64,000 nucleotides of DNA. Source: Nemertoderma westbladi. Taxonomy: Eukaryota > Animalia > Xenacoelomorpha. The stretch spans positions 1 to 64,000 of the forward strand of contig JAUCBJ010002551.1 of NCBI GenBank assembly GCA_032718475.1, read 5' to 3'. The notes beneath the pieces were generated by a model. It did no database searches. It saw only the letters and a list, made by a program, of their open reading frames with translations, and was not told the origin of the DNA. The position numbers and the translations under genes were made by a program. Positions 25,501 through 39,020 of this stretch are shown piece by piece (position 1 is the stretch's first letter; each line of letters starts with the position of its first letter).

Positions 25501-28500
25501 GGAACCAAAGTGGAGCGGAGTAAGTAAGGAGTATGAGATGAACTTCAGTTAGTGAGTGGAACCAACGTAGAGCGGAGTAAGTAAGGAGTACGAGATGAAC
25601 TTCAGTTAGTGAGTGGAACCAACGTGGAGCGGATTAAGTTAGGAGTACGAGATGAACTTCAGTTAGTGAGTGGAACCAACGTGGAGCGGAGTAAGTAAGG
25701 AGTACGAGATGAACTTCGGTTAGAGAGTGGAACCAACGTGGAGCGGAGTAAGTAAGGAGTACGAGATGAACTTCAGTTAGTGAGTGGAACCAACGTGGAG
25801 CGGAGTAAGTAAGGAGTACGAGATGAACTTCAGTTAGTGAGTGGAACCAACGTGGAGCGGAGTATTTAAGGAGTACGAGATGAACTTCAGTTAGTGAGTG
25901 GAACCAACGTGGAGCGGAGTAAGTTATGAGTACGAGATGAACTTCAGTTAGTGAGTGGAACCAACGTGGAGCGGAATAAGTAAGGAGTACGAGATGAACT
26001 TCGGTTAGTGAGTGGAACCAAAGTGGAGCGGAGTAATTAAGGAGTACGAGATGAACTTCAGTTAGTGAGTGGAACCAACATGGAGCGGAGTAAGTTATGA
26101 GTACGAGATGAACTTCAGTTAGTGAGTGGAACCAACGTGGAGCGGAATAAGTAAGGAGTACGAGATGAACTTCGGTTAGTGAGTGGAACCAAAGTGGAGC
26201 GGAGTAATTAAGGAGTACGAGATGAACTTCAGTTAGTGAGTGGAACCAACGTGGAGCGGATTAAGTTAGGAGTACGATATGAACTTCAGTTAGTGAGTGG
26301 AACCAACGTGGAGCGGAGTAAGTAAAGAGTACGAGATGAACTTCAGTTAGTGAGTGGAACCAACGTGGACCGGAGTAATTAAGGAGTACGAGATGAACTT
26401 CAGTTAGTGAGTGGAACCAACGTAGAGCGGAGTAAGTAAGGAGTACGAGATGAACTTCAGTTAGTGAGTGGAACCAACGTGGAGCGGAGTAAGTAAGGAG
26501 TACGAGATGAACTTCAGTTAGTGAGTGGAACCAACGTAGAGCGGAGTAAGTAAGGAGTACGAGATGAACTTCAGTTAGTGAGTGGAACCAACGTGGAGCG
26601 GAGTAAGTAAGGAGTACGAGATGAACTTCAGTTAGTGAGTGGAACCAACGTGGACCGGAGTAAGTAAGGAGTACGAGATGAACTTCAGTTAGTGAGTGGA
26701 ACCAACGTGGACCGGAGTAAGTAAGGAGTATGAGATGAACTTCAGTTAGTGAGTGGAACCAACGTGGAGCGGAGTAAGTAAGGAGACGAGATGAACTTCA
26801 GTTAGTGAGTGGAACCAACGTGGAGCGGAGTAAGTAAGGAGTACGAGATGAACTTCAGTTAGTGAGTGGAACCAAAGTGGAGCGGAGTAAGTAAGGAGTA
26901 CGAGATGAACTTCAGTTAGTGAGTGGAACCAACGTGGAGCGGAGTATTTAAGGAGTACGAGATGAACTTCAGTTAGTGAGTGGAACCAAAGTGGAGCGGA
27001 GTAAGTAAGGAGTATGAGATGAACTTCAGTTAGTGAGTGGAACCAACGTAGAGCGGAGTAAGTAAGGAGTACGAGATGAACTTCAGTTAGTGAGTGGAAC
27101 CAACGTGGAGCGGAGTAAGTAAGGAGTACGAGATGAACTTCAGTTAGTGAGTGGAACCAACGTGGAGCGGAGTAAGTAAGGAGTACGAGATGAACTTCAG
27201 TTAGTGAGTGGAACCAACGTGGAGCGGAGTAAGAGATGAACTTCAGTTAGTGAGTGGAACCAACGTGGAGCGGAGTAAGTTAGTAGTACGAGATGAACTT
27301 CAGTTAGTGAGTGGAACCAACGTGGAGCGGAGTAAGAGATGAACTTCAGTTAGTGAGTGGAACCAACGTGGAGCGGAGTAAGTTATGAGTACGAGATGAA
27401 CTTCAGTTAGTGAGTGGAACCAACGTGGAGCGGAGTAAGTAAGGAGTACGAGATGAACTTCAGTTAGTGAGTGGAACCAACGTGGAGCGGAGTAAGTAAG
27501 GAGTACGAGATGAACTTCAGTTAGTGAGTGGAACCAACGTTGAGCGGAGTAAGTAAGGAGTACGAGATGAACTTCAGTTAGTGAGTGGAACAAACGTGGA
27601 GCGGAGTAAGTAAGGAGTATGAGATGAACTTCAGTTAGTGAGTGGAACCAACGTGGAGCGGAGTAAGTAAGGAGTACGAGATGAACTTCAGTTAGTGAGT
27701 GGAACCAACGTTGAGCGGAGTAAGTAAGGAGTACGAGATAAACTTCAGTTAGTGAGTGGAACAAACGTGGAGCGGAGTAAGTAAGGAGTATGAGATGAAC
27801 TTCAGTTAGTGAGTGGAACCAACGTGGAGCGGAGTAAGTAAGGAGTACGAGATGAACTTCAGTTAGTGAGTGGAACAAACGTGGAGCGGAGTAAGTAAGG
27901 AGTATGAGATGAACTTCAGTTAGTGAGTGGAACCAACGTGGAGCGGAGTAAGTAAGGAGTACGAGATGAACTTCAGTTAGTGAGTGGAACCAACGTGGAG
28001 CGGAGTAAGAGATGAACTTCAGTTAGTGAGTGGAACCAACGTGGAGCGGAGTAAGTTATGAGTACGAGATGAACTTCAGTTAGTGAGTGGAACCAACGTG
28101 GAGCGGAGTAAGTAAGGAGTACGAGATGAACTTCAGTTAGTGAGTGGAACCAACGTGGAGCGGAGTAAGTAAGGAGTACGAGATGAACTTCAGTTAGTGA
28201 GTGGAACCAACGTTGAGCGGAGTAAGTAAGGAGTACGAGATGAACTTCAGTTAGTGAGTGGAACAAACGTGGAGCGGAGTAAGTAAGGAGTATGAGATGA
28301 ACTTCAGTTAGTGAGTGGAACCAACGTGGAGCGGAGTAAGTAAGGAGTACGAGATGAACTTCAGTTAGTGAGTGGAACCAACGTGGAGCGGAGTAAGTAA
28401 GGAGTACGAGATGAACTTCAGATAGTGAGTGGAACCAACGTGGAGCGGAGTAAGTAAGGAGTACGAGATGAACTTCAGTTAGTGAGTGGAACCAACGTGG

Positions 28501-31500
28501 AGCGGAGTAAGTAAGGAGTACGAGATGAACTTCAGTTAGTGAGTGGAACCAACGTGGACCGGAGTAAGTAAGGAGTACGAGATGAACTTCAGTTAGTGAG
28601 TGGAACCAACGTGGACCGGAGTAAGTAAGGAGTATGAGATGAACTTCAGTTAGTGAGTGGAACCAACGTGGAGCGGAGTAAGTAAGGAGACGAGATGAAC
28701 TTCAGTTAGTGAGTGGAACCAACGTGGAGCGGAGTAAGTAAGGAGTACGAGATGAACTTTAGTTAGTGAGTGGAACCAAAGTGGAGCGGAGTAAGTAAGG
28801 AGTACGAGATGAACTTCAGTTAGTGAGTGGAACCAACGTGGAGCGGAGTAAGAGATGAACTTCAGTTAGTGAGTGGAACCAAAGTGGAGCGGAGTAAGTA
28901 AGGAGTATGAGATGAACTTCAGTTAGTGAGTGGAACCAACGTAGAGCGGAGTAAGTAAGGAGTACGAGATGAACTTCAGTTAGTGAGTGGAACCAACGTG
29001 GAGCGGATTAAGTTAGGAGTACGAGATGAACTTCAGTTAGTGAGTGGAACCAACGTGGAGCGGAGTAAGTAAGGAGTACGAGATGAACTTCGGTTAGAGA
29101 GTGGAACCAACGTGGAGCGGAGTAAGTAAGGAGTACGAGATGAACTTCAGTTAGTGAGTGGAACCAACGTGGAGCGGAGTAAGTAAGGAGTACGAGATGA
29201 ACTTCAGTTAGTGAGTGGAACCAACGTGGAGCGGAGTATTTAAGGAGTACGAGATGAACTTCAGTTAGTGAGTGGAACCAACGTGGAGCGGAGTAAGTTA
29301 TGAGTACGAGATGAACTTCAGTTAGTGAGTGGAACCAACGTGGAGCGGAATAAGTAAGGAGTACGAGATGAACTTCGGTTAGTGAGTGGAACCAAAGTGG
29401 AGCGGAGTAATTAAGGAGTACGAGATGAACTTCAGTTAGTGAGTGGAACCAACGTGGAGCGGAGTAAGTAAGGAGTACGAGATGAACTTCAGTTAGTGAG
29501 TGGAACAAACGTGGAGCGGAGTAAGTAAGGAGTATGAGATGAACTTCAGTTAGTGAGTGGAACCAACGTGGAGCGGAGTAAGTAAGGAGTACGAGATGAA
29601 CTTCAGTTAGTGAGTGGAACCAACGTGGAGCGGAGTAAGTAAGGAGTACGAGATGAACTTCAGATAGTGAGTGGAACCAACGTGGAGCGGAGTAAGTAAG
29701 GAGTACGAGATGAACTTCAGTTAGTGAGTGGAACCAACGTGGAGCGGAGTAAGTAAGGAGTACGAGATGAACTTCAGTTAGTGAGTGGAACCAACGTGGA
29801 CCGGAGTAAGTAAGGAGTACGAGATGAACTTCAGTTAGTGAGTGGAACCAACGTGGACCGGAGTAAGTAAGGAGTATGAGATGAACTTCAGTTAGTGAGT
29901 GGAACCAACGTGGAGCGGAGTAAGTAAGGAGACGAGATGAACTTCAGTTAGTGAGTGGAACCAACGTGGAGCGGAGTAAGTAAGGAGTACGAGATGAACT
30001 TTAGTTAGTGAGTGGAACCAAAGTGGAGCGGAGTAAGTAAGGAGTACGAGATGAACTTCAGTTAGTGAGTGGAACCAACGTGGAGCGGAGTAAGAGATGA
30101 ACTTCAGTTAGTGAGTGGAACCAAAGTGGAGCGGAGTAAGTAAGGAGTATGAGATGAACTTCAGTTAGTGAGTGGAACCAACGTAGAGCGGAGTAAGTAA
30201 GGAGTACGAGATGAACTTCAGTTAGTGAGTGGAACCAACGTGGAGCGGATTAAGTTAGGAGTACGAGATGAACTTCAGTTAGTGAGTGGAACCAACGTGG
30301 AGCGGAGTAAGTAAGGAGTACGAGATGAACTTCGGTTAGAGAGTGGAACCAACGTGGAGCGGAGTAAGTAAGGAGTACGAGATGAACTTCAGTTAGTGAG
30401 TGGAACCAACGTGGAGCGGAGTAAGTAAGGAGTACGAGATGAACTTCAGTTAGTGAGTGGAACCAACGTGGAGCGGAGTATTTAAGGAGTACGAGATGAA
30501 CTTCAGTTAGTGAGTGGAACCAACGTGGAGCGGAGTAAGTTATGAGTACGAGATGAACTTCAGTTAGTGAGTGGAACCAACGTGGAGCGGAATAAGTAAG
30601 GAGTACGAGATGAACTTCGGTTAGTGAGTGGAACCAAAGTGGAGCGGAGTAATTAAGGAGTACGAGATGAACTTCAGTTAGTGAGTGGAACCAACGTGGA
30701 GCGGAGTAAGTTATGAGTACGAGATGAACTTCAGTTAGTGAGTGGAACCAACGTGGAGCGGAATAAGTAAGGAGTACGAGATGAACTTCGGTTAGTGAGT
30801 GGAACCAAAGTGGAGCGGAGTAATTAAGGAGTACGAGATGAACTTCAGTTAGTGAGTGGAACCAACGTGGAGCGGATTAAGTTAGGAGTACGATATGAAC
30901 TTCAGTTAGTGAGTGGAACCAACGTGGAGCGGAGTAAGTAAAGAGTACGAGATGAACTTCAGTTAGTGAGTGGAACCAACGTGGACCGGAGTAATTAAGG
31001 AGTACGAGATGAACTTCAGTTAGTGAGTGGAACCAACGTAGAGCGGAGTAAGTAAGGAGTACGAGATGAACTTCAGTTAGTGAGTGGAACCAACGTGGAG
31101 CGGAGTAAGTAAGGAGTACGAGATGAACTTCAGTTAGTGAGTGGAACCAACATGGACCGGAGTAATTAAGGAGTACGAGATGAACTTCAGTTAGTGAGTG
31201 GAACCAACGTGGAGCGGAGTAAGTAAGGAGTACGAGATGAACTTCAGTTAGTGAGTGGAACCAACGTAGAGCGGAGTAAGTAAGGAGTACGAGATGAACT
31301 TCAGTTAGTGAGTGGAACCAACGTGGAGCGGATTAAGTTAGGAGTACGAGATGAACTTCAGTTAGTGAGTGGAACCAACGTGGAGCGGAGTAAGTAAGGA
31401 GTACGAGATGAACTTCGGTTAGAGAGTGGAACCAACGTGGAGCGGAGTAAGTAAGGAGTACGAGATGAACTTCAGTTAGTGAGTGGAACCAACGTGGAGC

Positions 31501-34500
31501 GGAGTAAGTAAGGAGTACGAGATGAACTTCAGTTAGTGAGTGGAACCAACGTGGAGCGGAGTATTTAAGGAGTACGAGATGAACTTCAGTTAGTGAGTGG
31601 AACCAACGTGGAGCGGAGTAAGTTATGAGTACGAGATGAACTTCAGTTAGTGAGTGGAACCAACGTGGAGCGGAATAAGTAAGGAGTACGAGATGAACTT
31701 CGGTTAGTGAGTGGAACCAAAGTGGAGCGGAGTAATTAAGGAGTACGAGATGAACTTCAGTTAGTGAGTGGAACCAACGTGGAGCGGAGTAAGTTATGAG
31801 TACGAGATGAACTTCAGTTAGTGAGTGGAACCAACGTGGAGCGGAATAAGTAAGGAGTACGAGATGAACTTCGGTTAGTGAGTGGAACCAAAGTGGAGCG
31901 GAGTAATTAAGGAGTACGAGATGAACTTCAGTTAGTGAGTGGAACCAACGTGGAGCGGATTAAGTTAGGAGTACGATATGAACTTCAGTTAGTGAGTGGA
32001 ACCAACGTGGAGCGGAGTAAGTAAAGAGTACGAGATGAACTTCAGTTAGTGAGTGGAACCAACGTGGACCGGAGTAATTAAGGAGTACGAGATGAACTTC
32101 AGTTAGTGAGTGGAACCAACGTAGAGCGGAGTAAGTAAGGAGTACGAGATGAACTTCAGTTAGTGAGTGGAACCAACGTGGAGCGGAGTAAGTAAGGAGT
32201 ACGAGATGAACTTCAGTTAGTGAGTGGAACCAACGTGGACCGGAGTAATTAAGGAGTACGAGATGAACTTCAGTTAGTGAGTGGAACCAACGTGGAGCGG
32301 AGTAAGTAAGGAGTACGAGATGAACTTCAGTTAGTGAGTGGAACCAACGTGGAGCGGAGTAAGTTAGGAGTACGAGATGAACTTCAGTTAGTGAGTGGAA
32401 CCAACGTGGAGCGGAGTAAGTAAGGAGTACGAGATGAACTTCAGTTAGTGAGTGGAACCAACGTGGAGCGGAGTAAGTAAGGAGTACGAGATGAACTTCA
32501 GTTAGTGAGTGGAACCAACGTGGAGCGGAGTAAGTAAGGAGTACGAGATGAACTTCAGTTAGTGAGTGGAACCAACGTGGAGCGGAGTAAGTAAGGAGTA
32601 CGAGATGAACTTCAGTTAGTGAGTGGAACCAACGTGGAGCGGAGTAAGTAAGGAGTACGAGATGAACTTCAGTTAGTGAGTGGAACCAACGTGGAGCGGA
32701 GTAAGTAAGGAGTACGAGATGAACTTCAGTTAGTGAGTGGAACCAACGTGGAGCGGAGTAAGTAAGGAGTACGAGATGAACTTCAGTTAGTGAGTGGAAC
32801 CAACGTGGAACGGAGTAAGTAAGGAGTACGAGATGAACTTCAGTTAGTGAGTGGAACCAACGTGGACCGGAGTAATTAAGGAGTACGAGATGAACTTCAG
32901 TTAGTGAGTGGAACCAACGTGGAGCGGAGTAAGTAAGGAGTACGAGATGAATTTCAGTTAGTGAGTGGAACCAACGTGGAAAGGAGTAAGTAAGGAGTAC
33001 GAGATGAACTTCAGTTAGTGAGTGGAACCAACGTGGACCGGAGTAATTAAGGAGTACGAGATGAACTTCAGTTATTGAGTGGAACCAACGTGGAGCGGAG
33101 TAAGTAAGGAGTACGAGATGAATTTCAGTTAGTGAGTGGAACCAACGTGGAAAGGAGTAAGTAAGGAGTACGAGATGAACTTCAGTTAGTGAGTGGAACC
33201 AACGTGGAGCGGAGTAAGTAAGGAGTACGAGATGAACTTCAGTTAGTGAGTGGAACCAACGTGGAGCGGAGTAAGTAAGGAGTACGAGATGAACTTCAGT
33301 TAGTGAGTGGAACCAACGTGGAGCGGAGTAAGTAAGGAGTACGAGATGAACTTCAGTTAGTGAGTGGAACCAACGTGGAGCGGAGTAAGTAAGGAGTACG
33401 AGATGAACTTCAGTTAGTGAGTGGAACCAACGTGGAGCGGAGTAAGTAAGGAGTACGAGATGAACTTCAGTTAGTGAGTGGAACCAACGTGGAGCGGAGT
33501 AAGTAAGGAGTACGAGATGAACTTCAGTTAGTGAGTGGAACCAACGTGGAGCGGAGTAAGTAAGGAGTATGAGATGAACTTCAGTAACCAACGTGGAGCG
33601 GAGTAAGTAAGGAGTACGAGATGAACTTCAGTTAGTGAGTGGAACCAACGTGGAGCGGAGTAAGTAAGGAGTACGAGATGAACTTCAGTTAGTGAGTGGA
33701 ACCAACGTGGAGCGGAGTAAGTAAGGAGTACGAGATGAACTTCAGTTAGTGAGTGGAACCAACGTGGAGCGGAGTAAGTAAGGAGTACGAGATGAACTTC
33801 AGTTAGTGAGTGGAACCAACGTGGAGCGGAGTAAGTAAGGAGTATGAGATGAACTTCAGTTAGTGAGTGGAACCAACGTGGAGCGGAGTAAGTAAGGAGT
33901 ACGAGATGAACTTCAGTTAGTGAGTGGAACCAACGTGGAGCGGAGTAAGTAAGGAGTACGAGATGAACTTCAGTTAGTGAGTGGAACCAACGTGGAGCGG
34001 AGTAAGTAAGGAGTACGAGATGAACTTCAGTTAGTGAGTGGAACCAACGTGGAGCGGAGTAAGTAAGGAGTATGAGATGAACTTCAGTTAGTGAGTGGAA
34101 CCAACGTGGAGCGGAGTAAGTTATGAGTACGAGATGAACTTCAGTTAGTGAGTGGAACCAACGTGGAGCGGAATAAGTAAGGAGTACGAGATGAACTTCG
34201 GTTAGTGAGTGGAACCAAAGTGGAGCGGAGTAATTAAGGAGTACGAGATGAACTTCAGTTAGTGAGTGGAACCAACGTGGAGCGGAGTAAGTTATGAGTA
34301 CGAGATGAACTTCAGTTAGTGAGTGGAACCAACGTGGAGCGGAATAAGTAAGGAGTACGAGATGAACTTCGGTTAGTGAGTGGAACCAAAGTGGAGCGGA
34401 GTAATTAAGGAGTACGAGATGAACTTCAGTTAGTGAGTGGAACCAACGTGGAGCGGATTAAGTTAGGAGTACGATATGAACTTCAGTTAGTGAGTGGAAC

Positions 34501-36333
34501 CAACGTGGAGCGGAGTAAGTAAAGAGTACGAGATGAACTTCAGTTAGTGAGTGGAACCAACGTGGACCGGAGTAATTAAGGAGTACGAGATGAACTTCAG
34601 TTAGTGAGTGGAACCAACGTAGAGCGGAGTAAGTAAGGAGTACGAGATGAACTTCAGTTAGTGAGTGGAACCAACGTGGAGCGGAGTAAGTAAGGAGTAC
34701 GAGATGAACTTCAGTTAGTGAGTGGAACCAACATGGACCGGAGTAATTAAGGAGTACGAGATGAACTTCAGTTAGTGAGTGGAACCAACGTGGAGCGGAG
34801 TAAGTAAGGAGTACGAGATGAACTTCAGTTAGTGAGTGGAACCAACGTAGAGCGGAGTAAGTTAGGAGTACGAGATGAACTTCAGTTAGTGAGTGGAACC
34901 AACGTGGAGCGGAGTAAGTAAGGAGTACGAGATGAACTTCAGTTAGTGAGTGGAACCAACGTGGAGCGGAGTAAGTAAGGAGTACGAGATGAACTTCAGT
35001 TAGTGAGTGGAACCAACGTGGAGCGGAGTAAGTAAGGAGTACGAGATGAATTTCAGTTAGTGAGTGGAACCAACGTGGAAAGGAGTAAGTAAGGAGTACG
35101 AGATGAACTTCAGTTAGTGAGTGGAACCAACGTGGAGCGGAGTAAGTAAGGAGTACGAGATGAACTTCAGTTAGTGAGTGGAACCAACGTGGAGCGGAGT
35201 AAGTAAGGAGTACGAGATGAATTTCAGTTAGTGAGTGGAACCAACGTGGAAAGGAGTAAGTAAGGAGTACGAGATGAACTTCAGTTAGTGAGTGGAACCA
35301 ACGTGGAGCGGAGTAAGTAAGGAGTACGAGATGAATTTCAGTTAGTGAGTGGAACCAACGTGGAAAGGAGTAAGTAAGGAGTACGAGATGAACTTCAGTT
35401 AGTGAGTGGAACCAACGTGGACCGGAGTAATTAAGGAGTACGAGATGAACTTCAGTTAGTGAGTGGAACCAACGTGGAGCGGAGTAAGTAAGGAGTACGA
35501 GATGAATTTCAGTTAGTGAGTGGAACCAACGTGGAAAGGAGTAAGTAAGGAGTACGAGATGAACTTCAGTTAGTGAGTGGAACCAACGTGGAGCGGAGTA
35601 AGTAAGGAGTACGAGATGAACTTCAGTTAGTGAGTGGAACCAACGTGGAGCGGAGTAAGTAAGGAGTACGAGATGAACTTCAGTTAGTGAGTGGAACCAA
35701 CGTGGAGCGGAGTAAGTAAGGAGTACGAGATGAACTTCAGTTAGTGAGTGGAACCAACGTGGAGCGGAGTAAGTAAGGAGTATGAGATGAACTTCAGTAA
35801 CCAACGTGGAGCGGAGTAAGTAAGGAGTACGAGATGAACTTCAGTTAGTGAGTGGAACCAACGTGGAGCGGAGTAAGTAAGGAGTACGAGATGAACTTCA
35901 GTTAGTGAGTGGAACCAACGTGGAGCGGAGTAAGTAAGGAGTACGAGATGAACTTCAGTTAGTGAGTGGAACCAACGTGGAGCGGAGTAAGTAAGGAGTA
36001 CGAGATGAACTTCAGTTAGTGAGTGGAACCAACGTGGAGCGGAGTAAGTAAGGAGTATGAGATGAACTTCAGTTAGTGAGTGGAACCAACGTGGAGCGGA
36101 GTAAGTAAGGAGTACGAGATGAACTTCAGTTAGTGAGTGGAACCAACGTGGAGCGGAGTAAGTAAGGAGTACGAGATGAACTTCAGTTAGTGAGTGGAAC
36201 CAACGTGGAGCGGAGTAAGTAAGGAGTACGAGATGAACTTCAGTTAGTGAGTGGAACCAACGTGGAGCGGAGTAAGTAAGGAGTATGAGATGAACTTCAG
36301 TTAGTGAGTGGAACCAACGTGGAGCAGAGTAAG
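13554..36333 (+). repeat. Intronic 57-bp tandem satellite, ~22.8 kb, ~400 units
   Basis: Unit GTAAGTAAGGAGTACGAGATGAACTTCAGTTAGTGAGTGGAACCAACGTGGAGCGGA. Highly homogeneous, with recurrent 46-bp and 47-bp deletion variants and kb-scale higher-order duplications. Confidence 0.99.
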
Positions 36334-37498
36334 AAGTAGGTAGTGTAGTTGATGGGTTGTGGGTGGCGTTGTGGTGGATGCGCGGCACAAAATGTACCTG
36401 AAAGGAGGGGCGAGACACGTAGTCGGCGAGCCTTGGCATACGGTTAATTTAGGGAAAATTGGGCATGTCTGGTAAATGTTTGAACACGAATTTCTCGGCA
36501 TCGCTGGTTCGGAATTGAACCAATATTATTAGGTAAGTAGTAGAGGGAAAGTTTAGAAAATTTGTGAAGTTTTGTGAAAATAAGATATGTGTTTTTTTTA
36601 ATGTTAAATTTCTTGTGAACGCCTCATATTGCAGAACTAAAAATTTGTTTGCTTTTAGAATCATGAAGTCTATCTTTTACGAAATTGAAAAGTTAAGACA
36701 ATTAGAAAAATGGAGATCCGCTAGAGGCTTCGAAATAATGACTTACCGGTGTAACAGGAAAATAGAGACAGGGGGGGGGGGGGCTTGACGCAAAACCCGC
36801 CTTGGCGAATTAATATCCCGCCTCAATGTTAAATTCTCAATTTAGGGAAAGGAGCAGGTTACAGTGGCACGCTATTTTAACCAAAACAATAAACTAAACA
36901 CAATAGAACCCCCCCCGGGTTAAATTTCCTAGAAAAATTTCCCGGGGGGACATATTCTAGGACACTACCTGTTCCTGTACCAAGCTCAAGCACCAGTAGT
37001 CCTAAGTATTACTGCAGAATTACAACTACAGTAACAGTTCAGCCTATATAAGATGTCATTATGTTTCTTATAATGTAGGTCGATCGGTATTGGACGAATG
37101 GTTAAGGCTTTAGACTAGAATTCCAATTCTAGTTTGAATTTGGTAATAGTTATTTTGCACGTTTTTTAATTTTATTCCTAAAAGCCCACAATCATTACTG
37201 AAAATAAACCAACCTTTGTTACGTATGCAGTCCGTCAAAAGTTTATAAATAATCTGAAGTTTTGTAAAAAAAATGAGACAGTTTTTCAGTTGGTACCGGT
37301 GGTTTCAGACTCTTGATAAAATCCGGAATAAGTCGGTCAATCATTGATGCAATTAAACCAAACTTGGTACGTATGCAGTCTCGTGCTGCCCGAAGGCCCC
37401 ACGAACGTGTACAATAAACTATAACTTTATAAATGCATCAATAAACAGTAACTTTATAAATGCATCAATAAACTATCTTATAATTATTTACCTTGTAG

Positions 37499-37670
37499 GT
37501 TCACGTACATCCAGACTATCATTCTCCAATAGGCTACTCCAATGATATTGCTGTTCTGGTATTAGAGAAACCCGCTACACTTGGCACATACGTAAATGTC
37601 GCTTGTCTACCAAAACAAACTGATTATGATCTTATGAACTGTGTTACCACTGGATGGGGGAGCACCGAAG
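37499..37670 (+). CDS. S1 serine protease exon 4 (catalytic Asp)
   Basis: TTGTAG acceptor; VHVHPDYHSPIGYSNDIAVLVLEKPATLGTYVNVACLPKQTDYDLMNCVTTGWGSTE; phase-1 G|GTAACT donor. Confidence 0.95.
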
Positions 37671-37803
37671 GTAACTTACAATGTTTCTAACTGATCAGCT
37701 TTATCCACCACAGGAATAAAAGAATTCAAATTTATGTCAGGTGAAAAACCAACCCAATCAATTCTATGATTCACAATAATTTCCAATACAAATATTCCCT
37801 TAG

Positions 37804-37949
37804 GAACCGGAGATCGTATTGTTCTGAGACAGGTTGTGGTCCCTATAGTCCCTCAAGCAACATGCAAGGGAAGTGATTACTATGGTATCGGAATCCATGA
37901 CAGCATGATCTGTGCTGGGTATGAGGAGGGTGGTAAAGATTCTTGCCAG
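37804..37949 (+). CDS. S1 serine protease exon 5 (to ...GKDSCQ); the final GDSGGP exon was not found in the window
   Basis: CCTTAG acceptor; (G)TGDRIVLRQVVVPIVPQATCKGSDYYGIGIHDSMICAGYEEGGKDSCQ; CAG|GTTTGA donor. Asp at the S1 position (KDSC) suggests trypsin-like specificity. Confidence 0.95.
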
Positions 37950-38846
37950 GTTTGAGATAAAAAATCAAATATTAATTACTGTATTATAATATAAATTACA
38001 CGTAGATTAAAGTAAGATTTTAACATTATGTTACATTATGACTAATTACGCGTCAGACTACGTAAATTTGAATAAATCACTACTTGTAGGCCTACAGTGC
38101 GTTATAGAATGGTACACTTATTCAGCCAAGGAATGCATCCCTCCCTACTCAGGGGCATGGCAGATCTTCCCTTTCTCAGTAAAACTACTCTATCCGGTTT
38201 CCAAAGTTAAGACCGATAAGGCAGATAAACTGCAACATTGAGTTCTTTTTCCGATAACAGTGATATTAACCACGATACTGAACGTTTGTAGCGTTTTAAA
38301 GGCTCCATGAAATATTGCAACTTTCTACGGAAAAACTTGTATTCTTAAATTGTTACCTTTTCTCTCAAAATTAGACCAAAATCGGGAGGAAAAAGTTGCA
38401 CTTTTTCCCTACTGTAGGGAAAAAAAGTAACCCATAGGATTGCATTGATTTTACTTTTTTTCCTGGCGAAAAAAGTAAAACAAAATATTTTTGGTGGAAT
38501 TTTTAAAATGTTATTAAACGTGTTCAAAGAGCATTGACATAGAAAAAGTTTGCAGGTAATTTTAGCCAAATCCATGCACGAACTCCAAAGATATGGCAAA
38601 TTTAGTGTCTGCGTGGCGTAGGCCTACTCCAAAACGGAACTCAATATCCAATAATGGTTTATGTTGTTAAGCGGCTCCCTAGTTACGTAATAAATATTCG
38701 CGAACACTAAATTATTTAACATTCAGTATGGCAGCATCAGTAATGAAGAGTACAGTAATTTGAATTTCAGTAACTATGGAAGCAATATAGTAAAATTTTA
38801 TAGTTCAATTTATTTTGTACCTCTACTGTATATCGCTGTACGTTTT

Positions 38847-39020
38847 ATTAGGAGCCCGCTTGACAGCGGGATACTTACTGTAAGAATCTCAGGGATACTT
38901 TCTGTAAATATTTAGGAGCCCGCTTGACAGCGGGATACTTACTGTAAGAATCTCAGGGATACTTTCTGTAAAAATCTCAGGATACATTACGCTGACTGAC
39001 TGACTGACATACTGACTGAT
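38847..39020. repeat. ~64-bp tandem duplication followed by (CTGA)n
   Basis: TAGGAGCCCGCTTGACAGCGGGATACTTACTGTAAGAATCTCAGGGATACTTTCTGTAAA occurs twice, followed by GCTGACTGACTGACTGAC. Confidence 0.7.

Noticed and set aside
13554-36333. CRISPR array
   Set aside because: The units are contiguous near-identical 57-mers with no unique spacers, there are no cas genes, and the context is a eukaryotic intron.
16568-36439. Minus-strand ORFs of repeated FHSLTEVHLVLLTYSAPRW as real genes
   Set aside because: They arise because 57 is a multiple of 3 and one antisense frame lacks stops. They are repeatedly broken by 10/11-bp deletion units and stop variants and mostly have non-ATG starts.
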